Of a stretch of DNA of 64,000 nucleotides, positions 9,084 through 17,918 are shown piece by piece. This DNA is from Candidatus Uhrbacteria bacterium. GTDB lineage: Bacteria; Patescibacteriota; Patescibacteriia; UBA9934; GWF2-40-263. The notes beneath the pieces were generated by a model that was not told the DNA's origin, made no database searches, and saw nothing but the letters and a program-made list of their open reading frames with translations. How positions within the stretch are numbered: the stretch's first letter is position 1; each line of letters begins with the position of its first letter. The stretch covers positions 6,723 through 70,722 of the forward strand of contig JACRJU010000012.1 of assembly GCA_016219925.1 (NCBI GenBank). The letters are read 5' to 3'. Made by a program: the position numbers and the translations under genes.

Positions 9084-10232
9084 TCAGATAATTTTTTCAA
9101 AGAGATTTCGCGTTTGAAGAGCGCTCTTTTCCCAAGAATAGTCTTGGGATTTTTGGAGACCTTTTTGGATCATTTGTTGGCGAAGCGGGGCCGACTGCAC
9201 CAACTCACGGATGGCTTCTGTCAAATCTACGCTGTTGTAGGGATCAATAAGGATCGCCGCGCCTCCCGTAAGCTCTGGAAGGGATGACACCCGGCTGGTG
9301 ATAACCGGCAGGCCGCTCGCCATCGCTTCCAAAATCGGAAGGCCAAAGCCTTCATACAAAGACGGCCATAACAAAACCTGCGCGCTTCGGTATAAGGCCG
9401 GGCGATCTTGCCCGGGCACATAGCCAATCGGGTGAACCCAAGAGCGATAATCCCGCCGCCAGAGCAGGTGTCTGACGTGAGGGGAATTCCATCCCCATTT
9501 GCCACACAAGACGAGATGCAGATCATCTGCGGTCGTTTGTCGGTAGGCGTGTACGGCCTCGATCAGAGCTGGAACATTTTTGCGCGGCTCGATCGTTCCC
9601 ACAAACAACGCGAAGCGTCGGGGAAGTCTGAGCCGTGAACGCACCCCGTGGTCGCGCGCTTCCATCTTTGGAGCGAATGTCGAATCTTTTCCATGGGGGA
9701 TGACCTGCACACGATCAGTCTCAACCTGAAAGGTCTCAACAAGGTCTTGTTTGGTTGAAGCGGAAGGAGTGATGAGATGCGCGCAGGAAGCGATCAGTTT
9801 TTGTGGACGTACCGCCGCGTGCCACAGGCGCATCTTGCGTGAATAGAGTTCCGGAAAAAATTTCCAGGACAAATCATGGACCGTGAGAACTGAAGGGATA
9901 TCCGATGGGAGAGAAACAATGTTGAGGTTGGGGAGAAATAACAAATCAATCGGTTCTGGGACTCGCCAATTTAAAGTGGGGTGTCCAAGTAACAGCGTCC
10001 GCAGATTAAGGAGTTTGTTTGGCGTGTTGACATGAACAAATCTGATGCGGTCATCAGGAGCGTGCTCTAGCATTTCTTGCGGAGGTTTCGGATGGAGACG
10101 CCCGCTTGAAAGAAAAGTATAAGCGTTTGTTTGGTCCATGCGCAAAAGCGCGCGCAACAACTGCGTGGTGTATTCTCCGATGCCACTCGGCTCTGGACTG
10201 GAAAGGTGTCTGATATCAACAAGGATGCGCAT
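9084..10232 (-). CDS. glycosyltransferase family 4
   Basis: 382 aa; EGFGLPILEAMASGLPVITS motif. Confidence 0.8.
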   Translation of the reverse strand: MRILVDIRHLSSPEPSGIGEYTTQLLRALLRMDQTNAYTFLSSGRLHPKPPQEMLEHAPDDRIRFVHVNTPNKLLNLRTLLLGHPTLNWRVPEPIDLLFLPNLNIVSLPSDIPSVLTVHDLSWKFFPELYSRKMRLWHAAVRPQKLIASCAHLITPSASTKQDLVETFQVETDRVQVIPHGKDSTFAPKMEARDHGVRSRLRLPRRFALFVGTIEPRKNVPALIEAVHAYRQTTADDLHLVLCGKWGWNSPHVRHLLWRRDYRSWVHPIGYVPGQDRPALYRSAQVLLWPSLYEGFGLPILEAMASGLPVITSRVSSLPELTGGAAILIDPYNSVDLTEAIRELVQSAPLRQQMIQKGLQKSQDYSWEKSALQTRNLFEKII

Positions 10233-11301
10233 GTTTGACGAGTTCCTTCATCTCCTCCTTGAACCGGTTTTTTCCAAATCGCCCAGCTTGGGTTTTAATG
10301 CGATGCGGGTCGTAGCGCCGTTCATCAAATCGGATGAGGTGATCGGCGAGTTCTTCCCAGGTTTGGGTTTCGATGAATTCTCCGCTGATATCTTCGACGA
10401 CCGTTTCGGTCGCTCCGCCTTTTCGATATGCGATGACCGGTCGGCCTGAAGCCATGGATTCAACGGGGGTGATCCCAAAATCTTCTTCTTGTGGATGAAT
10501 GAAGGCGAGTGCATCGGCGTACAGATCATGAAGCGCCTCGTCGCTCACCTTGCCGAGAAATTCAATGTTTGATTTGGCTTGTCGGCGCAGGCCCCTCTCG
10601 ACCGGTCCGGATCCAAAGATTTTGAGCGGGATTCCGGTTTTATTGCAGGCATCGATGACGAGATCAAAACGCTTATACGCCACCAATCGTCCACCGGTCA
10701 GGAACGCGGTTTTGGGACGCGGAGAAATGTGGAAGCGGTCAGTATCAACCGGCGGGAAGATGATCTGCGCGTCTTTGCGGTAATATTTTTGAATGCGCGC
10801 GCGAACCGTTTGCGAGTTTGCTACAAAATAATCGACACGGCTCGCCGCCTGCTGATCCCATTGTCTAAGTCTGCTCAAGACGGGAGGCAGAATGGCTTTG
10901 ACGAGTCTGGGGACGCGGAGCTCTTCCACGTAGCTGTGCGTATCCGTCCAGAGGTAGCGGGTAGGAGTGTGACAGTAGCAGATATGGACGGCTCCGGGTC
11001 TCGTGATGAGGCCTTTTGCAAACGCACTGGTTGAAGAGATCACCACGTCATAATCGGATAAATCATAATGCTCGGTCGCGGTGGGCATCAGCGTGATGTA
11101 CCACTGATATTTTTTGAGCGCGAGCGGGAGGCGTTGCAAAAAAGACGTGCGGATGTCGCGCGTGGCAAATTGGGGGAGTTTTTTGGGATCAAAAAACAAG
11201 GTATAGGTTGGGGCTTCTGGCCAGATCTCCTGCAGAACTTCAAGCACCTTTTCTGCGCCCCCATCCTGAACCAAGTAATCATGAACCAAAGCGATCTTCA
11301 T
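10216..11301 (-). CDS. glycosyltransferase family 4 (MKIALVHDYL...GGAE type)
   Basis: 361 aa; N-terminal MKIALVHDYLVQDGGAEKV and C-terminal EDFGITPVESMASGRPVIA motifs; overlaps the downstream GT4 by 17 nt. Confidence 0.8.
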   Translation of the reverse strand: MKIALVHDYLVQDGGAEKVLEVLQEIWPEAPTYTLFFDPKKLPQFATRDIRTSFLQRLPLALKKYQWYITLMPTATEHYDLSDYDVVISSTSAFAKGLITRPGAVHICYCHTPTRYLWTDTHSYVEELRVPRLVKAILPPVLSRLRQWDQQAASRVDYFVANSQTVRARIQKYYRKDAQIIFPPVDTDRFHISPRPKTAFLTGGRLVAYKRFDLVIDACNKTGIPLKIFGSGPVERGLRRQAKSNIEFLGKVSDEALHDLYADALAFIHPQEEDFGITPVESMASGRPVIAYRKGGATETVVEDISGEFIETQTWEELADHLIRFDERRYDPHRIKTQAGRFGKNRFKEEMKELVKHAHPC

Positions 11302-11356
11302 AACGCGAACAGGTTACAAGGATCGTCGAGTCTCATCAAGTTTTGTGCAGGCTCTT

Positions 11357-12802
11357 TTAGTAAACTCCCTTTTCTTTGCGGAAGAGGATAACTAAAGGGG
11401 TTTTAAATAAAATGTAGAAATCGAGCCACGGATTCCAATGTTCGATGTAAAAGGTGTCGAGGCGAACTTCGTCTTCAAAATCCAGATCGGCCCGTCCACT
11501 GATTTGGGCCATGCCGGTGATGCCGGGCTTAACGGTATGAACTTTACGATGCTCGGGGCGATATTTTTCGACTTCTTCTGGGAGATGCGGTCGCGGACCC
11601 ACGAGCGACATCCGTCCAGCAAAGACTAAAAAGAATTCAGGCAGTTCATCAATCGAGTAGGTGCGAATAAATCGCCCCACGCGAGTCACGCGCGGGTCGT
11701 TTTTGATTTTGACCATGGGTGTTCCTTTGCGAATGTCTTGGTTTGCGAGTTCTTTATAGCGCATGAAATGGGTGCCGGGAACCATCGAGCGAAATTTGAA
11801 ATAGCGAAAGGCTTTGCCATTTTGACCGATCCGAACGCTCGGCATATTTTTATCAATTTTGGCGAAGAACACCGGTCCGCGCGAATCAAGTTTGATGGCG
11901 ATCGCGGTCAACAGCATGATCGGACTGGTCAGCACGATCAATAGGAGCGAACCGGCAATATCAAACAGACGTTTATAAATAGCCCCCCATCCATCCAATG
12001 GCGTTTTTTGCACTTCGATAACCGGAACGCCCGCATACGTGTGATGAACAGATCGTCCAACCGCGGCGCCGAATAAATCAGCCGTGAACAGAAATCCAAG
12101 ATGTTCACTTTCGGTTAGACTGATAAGAGCCAGACGCGTCTCACCACTTGCTTCGCTATCGGCAAGGATCACCTCGTCGAGTTTATCCTCTCTGGCCATT
12201 TGGGTGAGTCGTTTACTCAACGCTTTATCAAACGAAGCAAAATGGCCGACCACGCGAAATCCGAAGCGTGCTTTTTTTTTGAAGTCTTCGACAAGTGCAT
12301 CCGCGGTTGCATTTTTTCCAATAACGACAAGACGATGGGTGCCGATGCCGAGCCGCAAAAGGGAACGCTGAAGCCCTCGCACCACAAGACGGGCTACGGA
12401 CACGAAGATCACTGAGAGACCCCATGAAGCGAGCGCGATAAAACGCGACTCAAAGAGTTCACGAGAAAAAAACAAAATACCAAACACCAAAGCCATGGAA
12501 GCAGAACACGCCAACACGACACGCGAAAGTTCAGAGGCGATCCGAGTGCGATGGGCGGCGTAAAGGCCCGAGAACGCAAACACCACAATCCAGATCAGAA
12601 CAAGAGGTGTGGCGATTTTTAAATATTGTTCGTAGGTGAGATCGAAAATGACCGGACGAATCGCGGTGAACGCTGGATGGAAGCGAAGAAAGAACGCCGC
12701 CGAGGCCGCCGCAAGCAATGAAAAAAAATCGAGCGGAACGAGCAGGAGCGTGAAGGCAAGTTCGGAGCGTTTCATAAGGTTTGTGGATCCAATAGGACTC
12801 AT
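11357..12802 (-). CDS. polyprenyl-phosphate sugar-1-phosphate transferase (WbaP/exopolysaccharide priming glycosyltransferase family)
   Basis: Multi-TM N-terminus followed by the bacterial sugar transferase domain (FKFRSM...DELPEFFLVFAGRMSLVGPRP). The ORF-track start at 12937 would run into the RNase P RNA gene, so a start at the Met of MSPIGSTNLM (about 12802) is preferred. Confidence 0.75.
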   Translation of the reverse strand: MSPIGSTNLMKRSELAFTLLLVPLDFFSLLAAASAAFFLRFHPAFTAIRPVIFDLTYEQYLKIATPLVLIWIVVFAFSGLYAAHRTRIASELSRVVLACSASMALVFGILFFSRELFESRFIALASWGLSVIFVSVARLVVRGLQRSLLRLGIGTHRLVVIGKNATADALVEDFKKKARFGFRVVGHFASFDKALSKRLTQMAREDKLDEVILADSEASGETRLALISLTESEHLGFLFTADLFGAAVGRSVHHTYAGVPVIEVQKTPLDGWGAIYKRLFDIAGSLLLIVLTSPIMLLTAIAIKLDSRGPVFFAKIDKNMPSVRIGQNGKAFRYFKFRSMVPGTHFMRYKELANQDIRKGTPMVKIKNDPRVTRVGRFIRTYSIDELPEFFLVFAGRMSLVGPRPHLPEEVEKYRPEHRKVHTVKPGITGMAQISGRADLDFEDEVRLDTFYIEHWNPWLDFYILFKTPLVILFRKEKGVY

Positions 12803-12841
12803 GGTATCAAAAAATTCCGCGTGAGCGAAATTTTTTGATGT

Positions 12842-13301
12842 CCTGGGAGAAGTCTGTAAGCCGAATTTTGTCTTCTGTGGGCGCGAGCCCAGAGGAGATG
12901 GCCATCTCTCTAGCCCGATCATTGCTGACCGGATCAAGACCGGCGAAGCCGGTCATAGCGAGCTACCAAACTTGCTCTTTCACCGAAAAGGGTTTGCCAC
13001 GCCATCGTGTCACCACGAGGCGAGATGCGTGGCACACCGGGCAGGGCCCCGTGCACGCCGCATCACTTTTCACCTTTGATCCGGCCGTGAGGCCGGACTC
13101 GTATTGTCTCTGTGGTACTTTCCCTAGGTTTTGAATCCGGGATCAGGGAATATGAATTGCTCCAATTCCGCGAGCCCTGAATCTTATGCCTGGTCGCCGT
13201 TAGCGACTTTTCGTTTCCTGATGCCTTGCGACACCAGGGGTGTTCGGACTTTCCTCTCCATCCTTTTGATGGATGCAGCGGCCATCCGACTTTCCCAGGA
13301 C
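12842..13301 (-). ncRNA. rnpB: RNase P RNA (rnpB), bacterial type
   Basis: Minus-strand read contains P4 5' strand AGGAAAGTCCGAACAC, J11/12 AAAGGTGAAAAGTG and P4 3' strand CACAGAAGACAAAATTCGGCTTACAG (compare E. coli GGAAAGUCCGGGC / AAGGGUGAAA / ACAGAACCCGGCUUA). P1 pairing CCTGGGAAAGTC...GACTTCTCCCAGG; a perfect promoter lies upstream; A/T stem hairpin plus T-run at the 3' end. Confidence 0.75.
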
Positions 13302-13307
13302 GTGGCG

Positions 13308-13336
13308 ATGATAGCAATTTTTTCTTTAGATGTCAA
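13308..13336 (-). promoter_or_regulatory. sigma70-type promoter of rnpB (TTGACA-17 nt-TATCAT, minus strand)
   Basis: Reverse complement reads TTGACATCTAAAGAAAAAATTGCTATCAT, about 7 nt upstream of the P1 5' end. Confidence 0.6.
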
Positions 13337-13347
13337 TAAAAAAACCG

Positions 13348-13971
13348 TCAGGCAGGCCGACGGGCGAGGGCATCGCGCTGGGTGCGCAGATGGACGAAGT
13401 GGAAGTGTGCCATTACAAGCAGACACACCCCTGAAGAGAGGGAGGAGCGCAGGCTGTAGATTCCCGCGAGCGTGTTGCCATGCACGAACGCCGGGATCAT
13501 GCTTACGACTGAGGCCAACAAGGCGATTCCCCAAGCGGAGAACGATTCAGTGTTTCTGCGTTCCCGCACCATGCGTGTAAACAACGGAATGTAGCCGGCG
13601 GTCATGAGCGCCTGGGAGAAGAGGTTGGACTTCCAAGCGTCCGAGAAGACGACACCGTAGAGAACGATCGCTCCAGACGCGATGAGATACTTCTTCTCAA
13701 ACGGCTGAAGAGTGAATCGACGGGGTCCGGTCAGAGCGACAGCCAGAGTGATTGCGAGCGAGACGGCAACGTCGATGGTGTTGAGGATGCCCGAGAGCAG
13801 ATCGAAATGAGCTTCGATCACATAGCTCACAAAACTGATTGTGTCCCCTGTGGCGAACACAACCCACGTCGAGAGCGTTGGCTCGATCGATCGCGCTCGG
13901 ATTTGGCAGATGTAGCGAACGGCCAAGGCGAGCATAAGAGCCGCCGTGACAATGGCACAGACGGTTTTCAT
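13348..13971 (-). CDS. integral membrane protein (6-7 predicted TM; possibly a PnuC-like nucleoside/vitamin transporter, weak)
   Basis: 207 aa, highly hydrophobic, high-GC codon usage; first gene inside the GC-rich island; a weak hairpin plus T7 overlaps the stop codon (CCGTCGGCCTGCCTGACGGTTTTTTT). Confidence 0.5.
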   Translation of the reverse strand: MKTVCAIVTAALMLALAVRYICQIRARSIEPTLSTWVVFATGDTISFVSYVIEAHFDLLSGILNTIDVAVSLAITLAVALTGPRRFTLQPFEKKYLIASGAIVLYGVVFSDAWKSNLFSQALMTAGYIPLFTRMVRERRNTESFSAWGIALLASVVSMIPAFVHGNTLAGIYSLRSSLSSGVCLLVMAHFHFVHLRTQRDALARRPA

Positions 13972-13986
13972 GCAAACCTCCTTCGT

Positions 13987-14082
13987 TCAGGGCATGAGGA
14001 TTTTGACCAATCCGGGGATGGTCGGCAGGTAGGCCAGGACGATCGTAATGATAGCCCACGTACGCATCTCGGCGTTGCTCAT
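13987..14082 (-). CDS. 31-aa hydrophobic micro-ORF (MSNAEMRTWAIITIVLAYLPTIPGLVKILMP)
   Basis: ATG...TGA, 15 nt upstream of the membrane-protein gene whose RBS (GGAGG) follows it; single predicted TM; hand-translated and not in the ORF track. Confidence 0.3.
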   Translation of the reverse strand: MSNAEMRTWAIITIVLAYLPTIPGLVKILMP

Positions 14083-14169
14083 AATAGCTTTCTTTTCTGC
14101 GAGTGAATGTGCAAGACGACGAATGAATAGCTTACGCTTTGTTGGGTGTCTGTCAAGGAAAATTTTGTG

Positions 14170-14199
14170 AAAATAAAAAGGCCGAGTCTGTGGCTCGGC
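14170..14199 (-). terminator. rho-independent terminator after deoB
   Basis: Minus strand GCCGAGccacagaCTCGGC followed by CTTTTTATTTT; the hairpin overlaps the TAG stop. Confidence 0.5.
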
Positions 14200-15428
14200 T
14201 AGGCGGCGATGTGGACGATGGCGTCGCGTTGAGTGTCTGCGCAGTTAAAGTGCTGCGCGACGAGCAGACCCACCTCCGTGAGCCCTTCGCCCGTTCCCGT
14301 CTGGAGGGGAAACTGACGGTTCCCCACAGTGCAAGCCAATAGTGGCACCGGCTCGCGGTTGTGGTAGCCGTAGTCGTCGCGGTGCTCCATGCCGTGATCG
14401 GCTGTGATCAGGAGCAGATCGTCCGTGGCGAGCTCCGCCTCAATCATCGGCAGGACGCGGTCGAACTCTTCGAGACAACGCAGAGCGCCCTCGATGTCGC
14501 GCGTGTGGCCGTAGAGACTGTCGGTGTCGACGCAGTTGGCGAAGATGAAGGTTCCCCGCGCAGATGTGGTGCGCGTGTGGCGGACGGCGCGCACGATGCC
14601 GTCGATTGTGAAGGGGTTGGTGTCCTTCTGCTTGGGATGCACGAAGCGCAGGTCGAGCTTCGGATCCAGCAGGCTCGGATCCGCGAGATGATACTCGAGA
14701 TCGTAGTCGGTGTTGACCAGATCGCTGGGCTTACCGACAGAGATCACATGGATGCCGGCGTGGCGCAGGACGTCCACGAGAGTGGGTCCCGGCAGGGCGA
14801 GCACGGCGTCGTGGCGGTTGGCCGTGCGGATGTATTCGCCTTCAGGCGTCTGCACGAAGGCGCGGGCGATCGCCCGTGTGATCGGGATCCCCATCTCGAT
14901 GGCGACCTGCAGGGCGAGATCCGCGATTCGGTGTTGCTCGTTGATCTGGATCACAGCTTCGTCCATCGCGAACTGGATGAGGGGATCACACTTGCTTGCG
15001 TAGACGATTGGCCGTCCGGTGCGAGCGTGCTCCGCGGCGTTGGTTTCGATTACCTCGACCCCACCGCCCATTTGGTTGAACAGAGTCTCGCGCCCGGTGC
15101 GACGCTCGAGCTCCGCGATGTAGCGAGTGTCGAATCCGTTGGGGAAGAGCTTGTAGGTCCGACCATCCACGATGCCGCACATCTCGCGATGTCCGATGAC
15201 GGAATCGGGGGAGGCCGAGGCTTGGTCGAGGCGTACGGCGTGTGCACCGGGTTGCGGGTCGGGGCCAAGAACGAGGCGCGAATGGACGTTCGGATTCAGC
15301 AGAGTGCGCAGGCCCAGCCGGGTCAGGTTGGGGAGAGCGGTTGGCTTCTTGGAGCGATCGAGCAAGTACTCAAGGGTCGTGACCCCCAAAGCATCCAGGA
15401 CGATGAGTACGGCGATGCGCGCGGACAT
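14199..15428 (-). CDS. deoB: phosphopentomutase
   Basis: 409 aa; alkaline-phosphatase-superfamily motifs including LITADHGM; full-length similarity to DeoB as recalled; GAAAAGGAG RBS; about 65% GC. Confidence 0.85.
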   Translation of the reverse strand: MSARIAVLIVLDALGVTTLEYLLDRSKKPTALPNLTRLGLRTLLNPNVHSRLVLGPDPQPGAHAVRLDQASASPDSVIGHREMCGIVDGRTYKLFPNGFDTRYIAELERRTGRETLFNQMGGGVEVIETNAAEHARTGRPIVYASKCDPLIQFAMDEAVIQINEQHRIADLALQVAIEMGIPITRAIARAFVQTPEGEYIRTANRHDAVLALPGPTLVDVLRHAGIHVISVGKPSDLVNTDYDLEYHLADPSLLDPKLDLRFVHPKQKDTNPFTIDGIVRAVRHTRTTSARGTFIFANCVDTDSLYGHTRDIEGALRCLEEFDRVLPMIEAELATDDLLLITADHGMEHRDDYGYHNREPVPLLACTVGNRQFPLQTGTGEGLTEVGLLVAQHFNCADTQRDAIVHIAA

Positions 15429-15480
15429 GGGACTCCTTTTCTAAGAGCAGAGAACTCTTAGTGACACGGAGCTTACGGGA

Positions 15481-15516
15481 AAAGAAAAATCCCGTCCACT
15501 CTTGCGAGCAGACGGG
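15481..15516 (-). terminator. rho-independent terminator after the aldehyde dehydrogenase gene
   Basis: Minus strand CCCGTCtgctcgcaagagtgGACGGG followed by ATTTTTCTTTT. Confidence 0.45.
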
Positions 15517-15533
15517 TTGGAAGAAGAGGAGCA

Positions 15534-17909
15534 TCAGGCACCGAAGGGCACCCAGATGGCCTTGGGGTGGGTCGCCTCCGCCAGGGCCCGGGCGGAGAGG
15601 ATCGATGGGTCCAGCCAGTTGAGTCGACGGCCGTCTGACACCCACGTGCGCTTGAGGTTGCCGATTGAGACTTCCTCGATGCGCCGACTGGTGTCGGGAT
15701 CGTATCCGAAGTACCAGAACGATCCGACCTCATCGTAATTGCCTGCGAGCATGACCGCGGCCTCGTCGGGCGCTTCGGGCGTGAGGATGTTGACCACGCC
15801 GCCGGGCAGGTCCGAACTCTGCGCGATCGGCACAAGGTCGAGCGCACTGATGGGCCTGGTGCCCGCGAGCATCACGACCGTGTTGCCCTGGGCGATGGCC
15901 TGTGCCATGGGAGCGACCATTCCGAGCAGAGGAAGCTCGTCGGTCGCCCGCACGCCGATCACCCCGATCGGTTCGCTCAAGGTCGTGACCAGCATCGGGC
16001 CGCACACTCGGCTGACCGTGCCGGCGTTGCGATCCGCATAGGCTGCGTTCCAGAACAGCGCCTCGACCGAGGCGTCGAACTCCTGGCGCGCCTGCTCGAA
16101 CGAGATGCCCGTCTGGGCGCGCAGGCGCTCGATGATGTCGAGCCGCTGGTCGGTGAGGTTCTCCGCGAAGAACCGCAGGATCTGCGCCCGGTTGTGGCCG
16201 GTCTTGCCGCGCCAGCCCAGGAAGGCCTTGGCGGCCGCCTCGACCGCACTGCGCAGATCCTTGCGGTTGACGTGTCCCACGTTGCCGAGGAACACCCCGC
16301 CGGGGCCGTTGATGCGGTAGCTGCGGTCTCCGTCGGGGCGCTTGAGCGCGCCGCCGATGAGGTTCCGTCGGGTGCGGTGAAGCGTGAGCCCCACCACGGG
16401 CTCGGGCACACGATCCTCCGGCTCGGGCACACGCGGTTCCACCGGGGGCTGGTCGACCTCTGTGAGGTACGCGAGCATGCCCCGGTCTCCGCCTTCGGAA
16501 CCCCAGCCACTCTCGCGACGGCCTCCGAACTCGACGGCGGCATCGAACTGGTTGGTGCAGTTGATCCACACCGTGCCAGCTTCGATCCGGGAGGCGATGT
16601 CGAAGGCCACGTCCATGGTCTGCGACCACACGCTGGCGGCCAGGCCGTAGCGCGTGTTGTTGGCCAGCTCCACAGCCTCACCGACCTCGCGGAACGTCAT
16701 GATGACGAGCACGGGGCCGAAGATCTCCTCGCGCGCGATCGTGTGCGCGGGCGAGACGTTGGTGAACAGAGTCGGGGGGATGAACAGGCCGCACTGGCAG
16801 GACTCGAGCAGGCACGAATCGGGCTGCCACTTGGTGGCCCCTTCCTGCTCGCCCAGAGCGATCAGGCCCGTGACCTTGTCGAACTGCGCGCGCGAGTTCA
16901 TCGCGCCGATGTCCACGGTTTTGTCGAGCGGATGACCCACTCGCAGACGCGACATCCGCCGCTTGAGCTTCGCGAGGAAGCGTTCGACGACGCTCTCCTG
17001 GACGATCGCGCGCGATCCGGCGCAACACACCTCCCCCTTGTTGAAGAAGATGGCGTCGATGATGCCCTCGACTGCAGCGTCCAGATCGGCATCCTCGCAC
17101 ACGATGAAGGGCGACTTGCCGCCGGCCTCCAGCGTGAGAGCTTTGCCCGATCCGGCCGTGGCCGTTCGGATCTTGCAGGCAACCGCGGTTGAGCCGGTGA
17201 AGGCCACTTTGGCGATGCCCGGGTGGCGCACGAGTGCGTCTCCGGTCGAGCCATCACCGTTGACGATGTTGACGACGCCCTTTGGCAAGCCGATCTCCAT
17301 CAGGATCTCGGCGAACCGCATGGCGGTCAGCGGCGTGGAGTCCGCCGTCTTGATGACGACGGTGTTGCCGGTCGCGAGCGCGACCGCGACCTTCCAGGCG
17401 AGCATCAGGAACGGGAAGTTCCAGGGGATCACCTGGCCGACGACTCCGCGCGGCTTGTGGTTGGGATGGTCCACGCCGAGGGTCTGGGCCCTTCCGGCGT
17501 GGTGTTCGAAGTGTCGGACGACCAGCGGGACGTCCGCGTCGCGGGCTTCCCGGATGGCCTTGCCGTTGTCGAGAGTCTCGAGCACGGCGAAGAGCCGGGC
17601 GTTCTCACGGATCGCGCGGGCGATCGCGTAGAGGTGCAGGGCGCGCTCGAATCCCGAGAGTTGGCTCCAGGTCTTGAACGCCTCGCTGGCGCTCGCGACC
17701 GCGGCGTCGACATCCGCCTGGGTTCCCCGGGGGATGCTCGCCAGCCGTTCGCCCGTGGCCGGGTTGATGACCTCGATCCGATCGGTTGTCCCGGACGGGG
17801 TCTGGAACACTCCGTTGATGAAGTGATCGAAGGTGTCGTTGTGCGAAGCGAGCCAGTGCAGAGCAGACCCTGCGTCCTCGTGATCGCTCGTATAGACAGC
17901 CGTGGTCAT
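15534..17909 (-). CDS. aldehyde dehydrogenase family protein with a second, degenerate ALDH-like C-terminal domain (791 aa)
   Basis: The N-terminal ~480 aa carry canonical ALDH motifs (VIPWNFPFLM, KTADSTPLTA, EAGGKSP, GEVCCAGSR, EEIFGPV). Residues ~500-791 again resemble an ALDH NAD-binding/catalytic region but lack the catalytic Cys context. The start overlaps the deoC stop by 11 nt. Confidence 0.7.
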   Translation of the reverse strand: MTTAVYTSDHEDAGSALHWLASHNDTFDHFINGVFQTPSGTTDRIEVINPATGERLASIPRGTQADVDAAVASASEAFKTWSQLSGFERALHLYAIARAIRENARLFAVLETLDNGKAIREARDADVPLVVRHFEHHAGRAQTLGVDHPNHKPRGVVGQVIPWNFPFLMLAWKVAVALATGNTVVIKTADSTPLTAMRFAEILMEIGLPKGVVNIVNGDGSTGDALVRHPGIAKVAFTGSTAVACKIRTATAGSGKALTLEAGGKSPFIVCEDADLDAAVEGIIDAIFFNKGEVCCAGSRAIVQESVVERFLAKLKRRMSRLRVGHPLDKTVDIGAMNSRAQFDKVTGLIALGEQEGATKWQPDSCLLESCQCGLFIPPTLFTNVSPAHTIAREEIFGPVLVIMTFREVGEAVELANNTRYGLAASVWSQTMDVAFDIASRIEAGTVWINCTNQFDAAVEFGGRRESGWGSEGGDRGMLAYLTEVDQPPVEPRVPEPEDRVPEPVVGLTLHRTRRNLIGGALKRPDGDRSYRINGPGGVFLGNVGHVNRKDLRSAVEAAAKAFLGWRGKTGHNRAQILRFFAENLTDQRLDIIERLRAQTGISFEQARQEFDASVEALFWNAAYADRNAGTVSRVCGPMLVTTLSEPIGVIGVRATDELPLLGMVAPMAQAIAQGNTVVMLAGTRPISALDLVPIAQSSDLPGGVVNILTPEAPDEAAVMLAGNYDEVGSFWYFGYDPDTSRRIEEVSIGNLKRTWVSDGRRLNWLDPSILSARALAEATHPKAIWVPFGA

Positions 17910-17918
17910 GGAATCCTC

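Noticed and set aside
12835-13580. ORFs 12835..13134, 13063..13317, 13131..13580 and 13184..13534 from the ORF track
   Set aside because: They overlap the RNase P RNA gene and its promoter, and the RNA motifs explain the region. No RBS; no coding-like composition.
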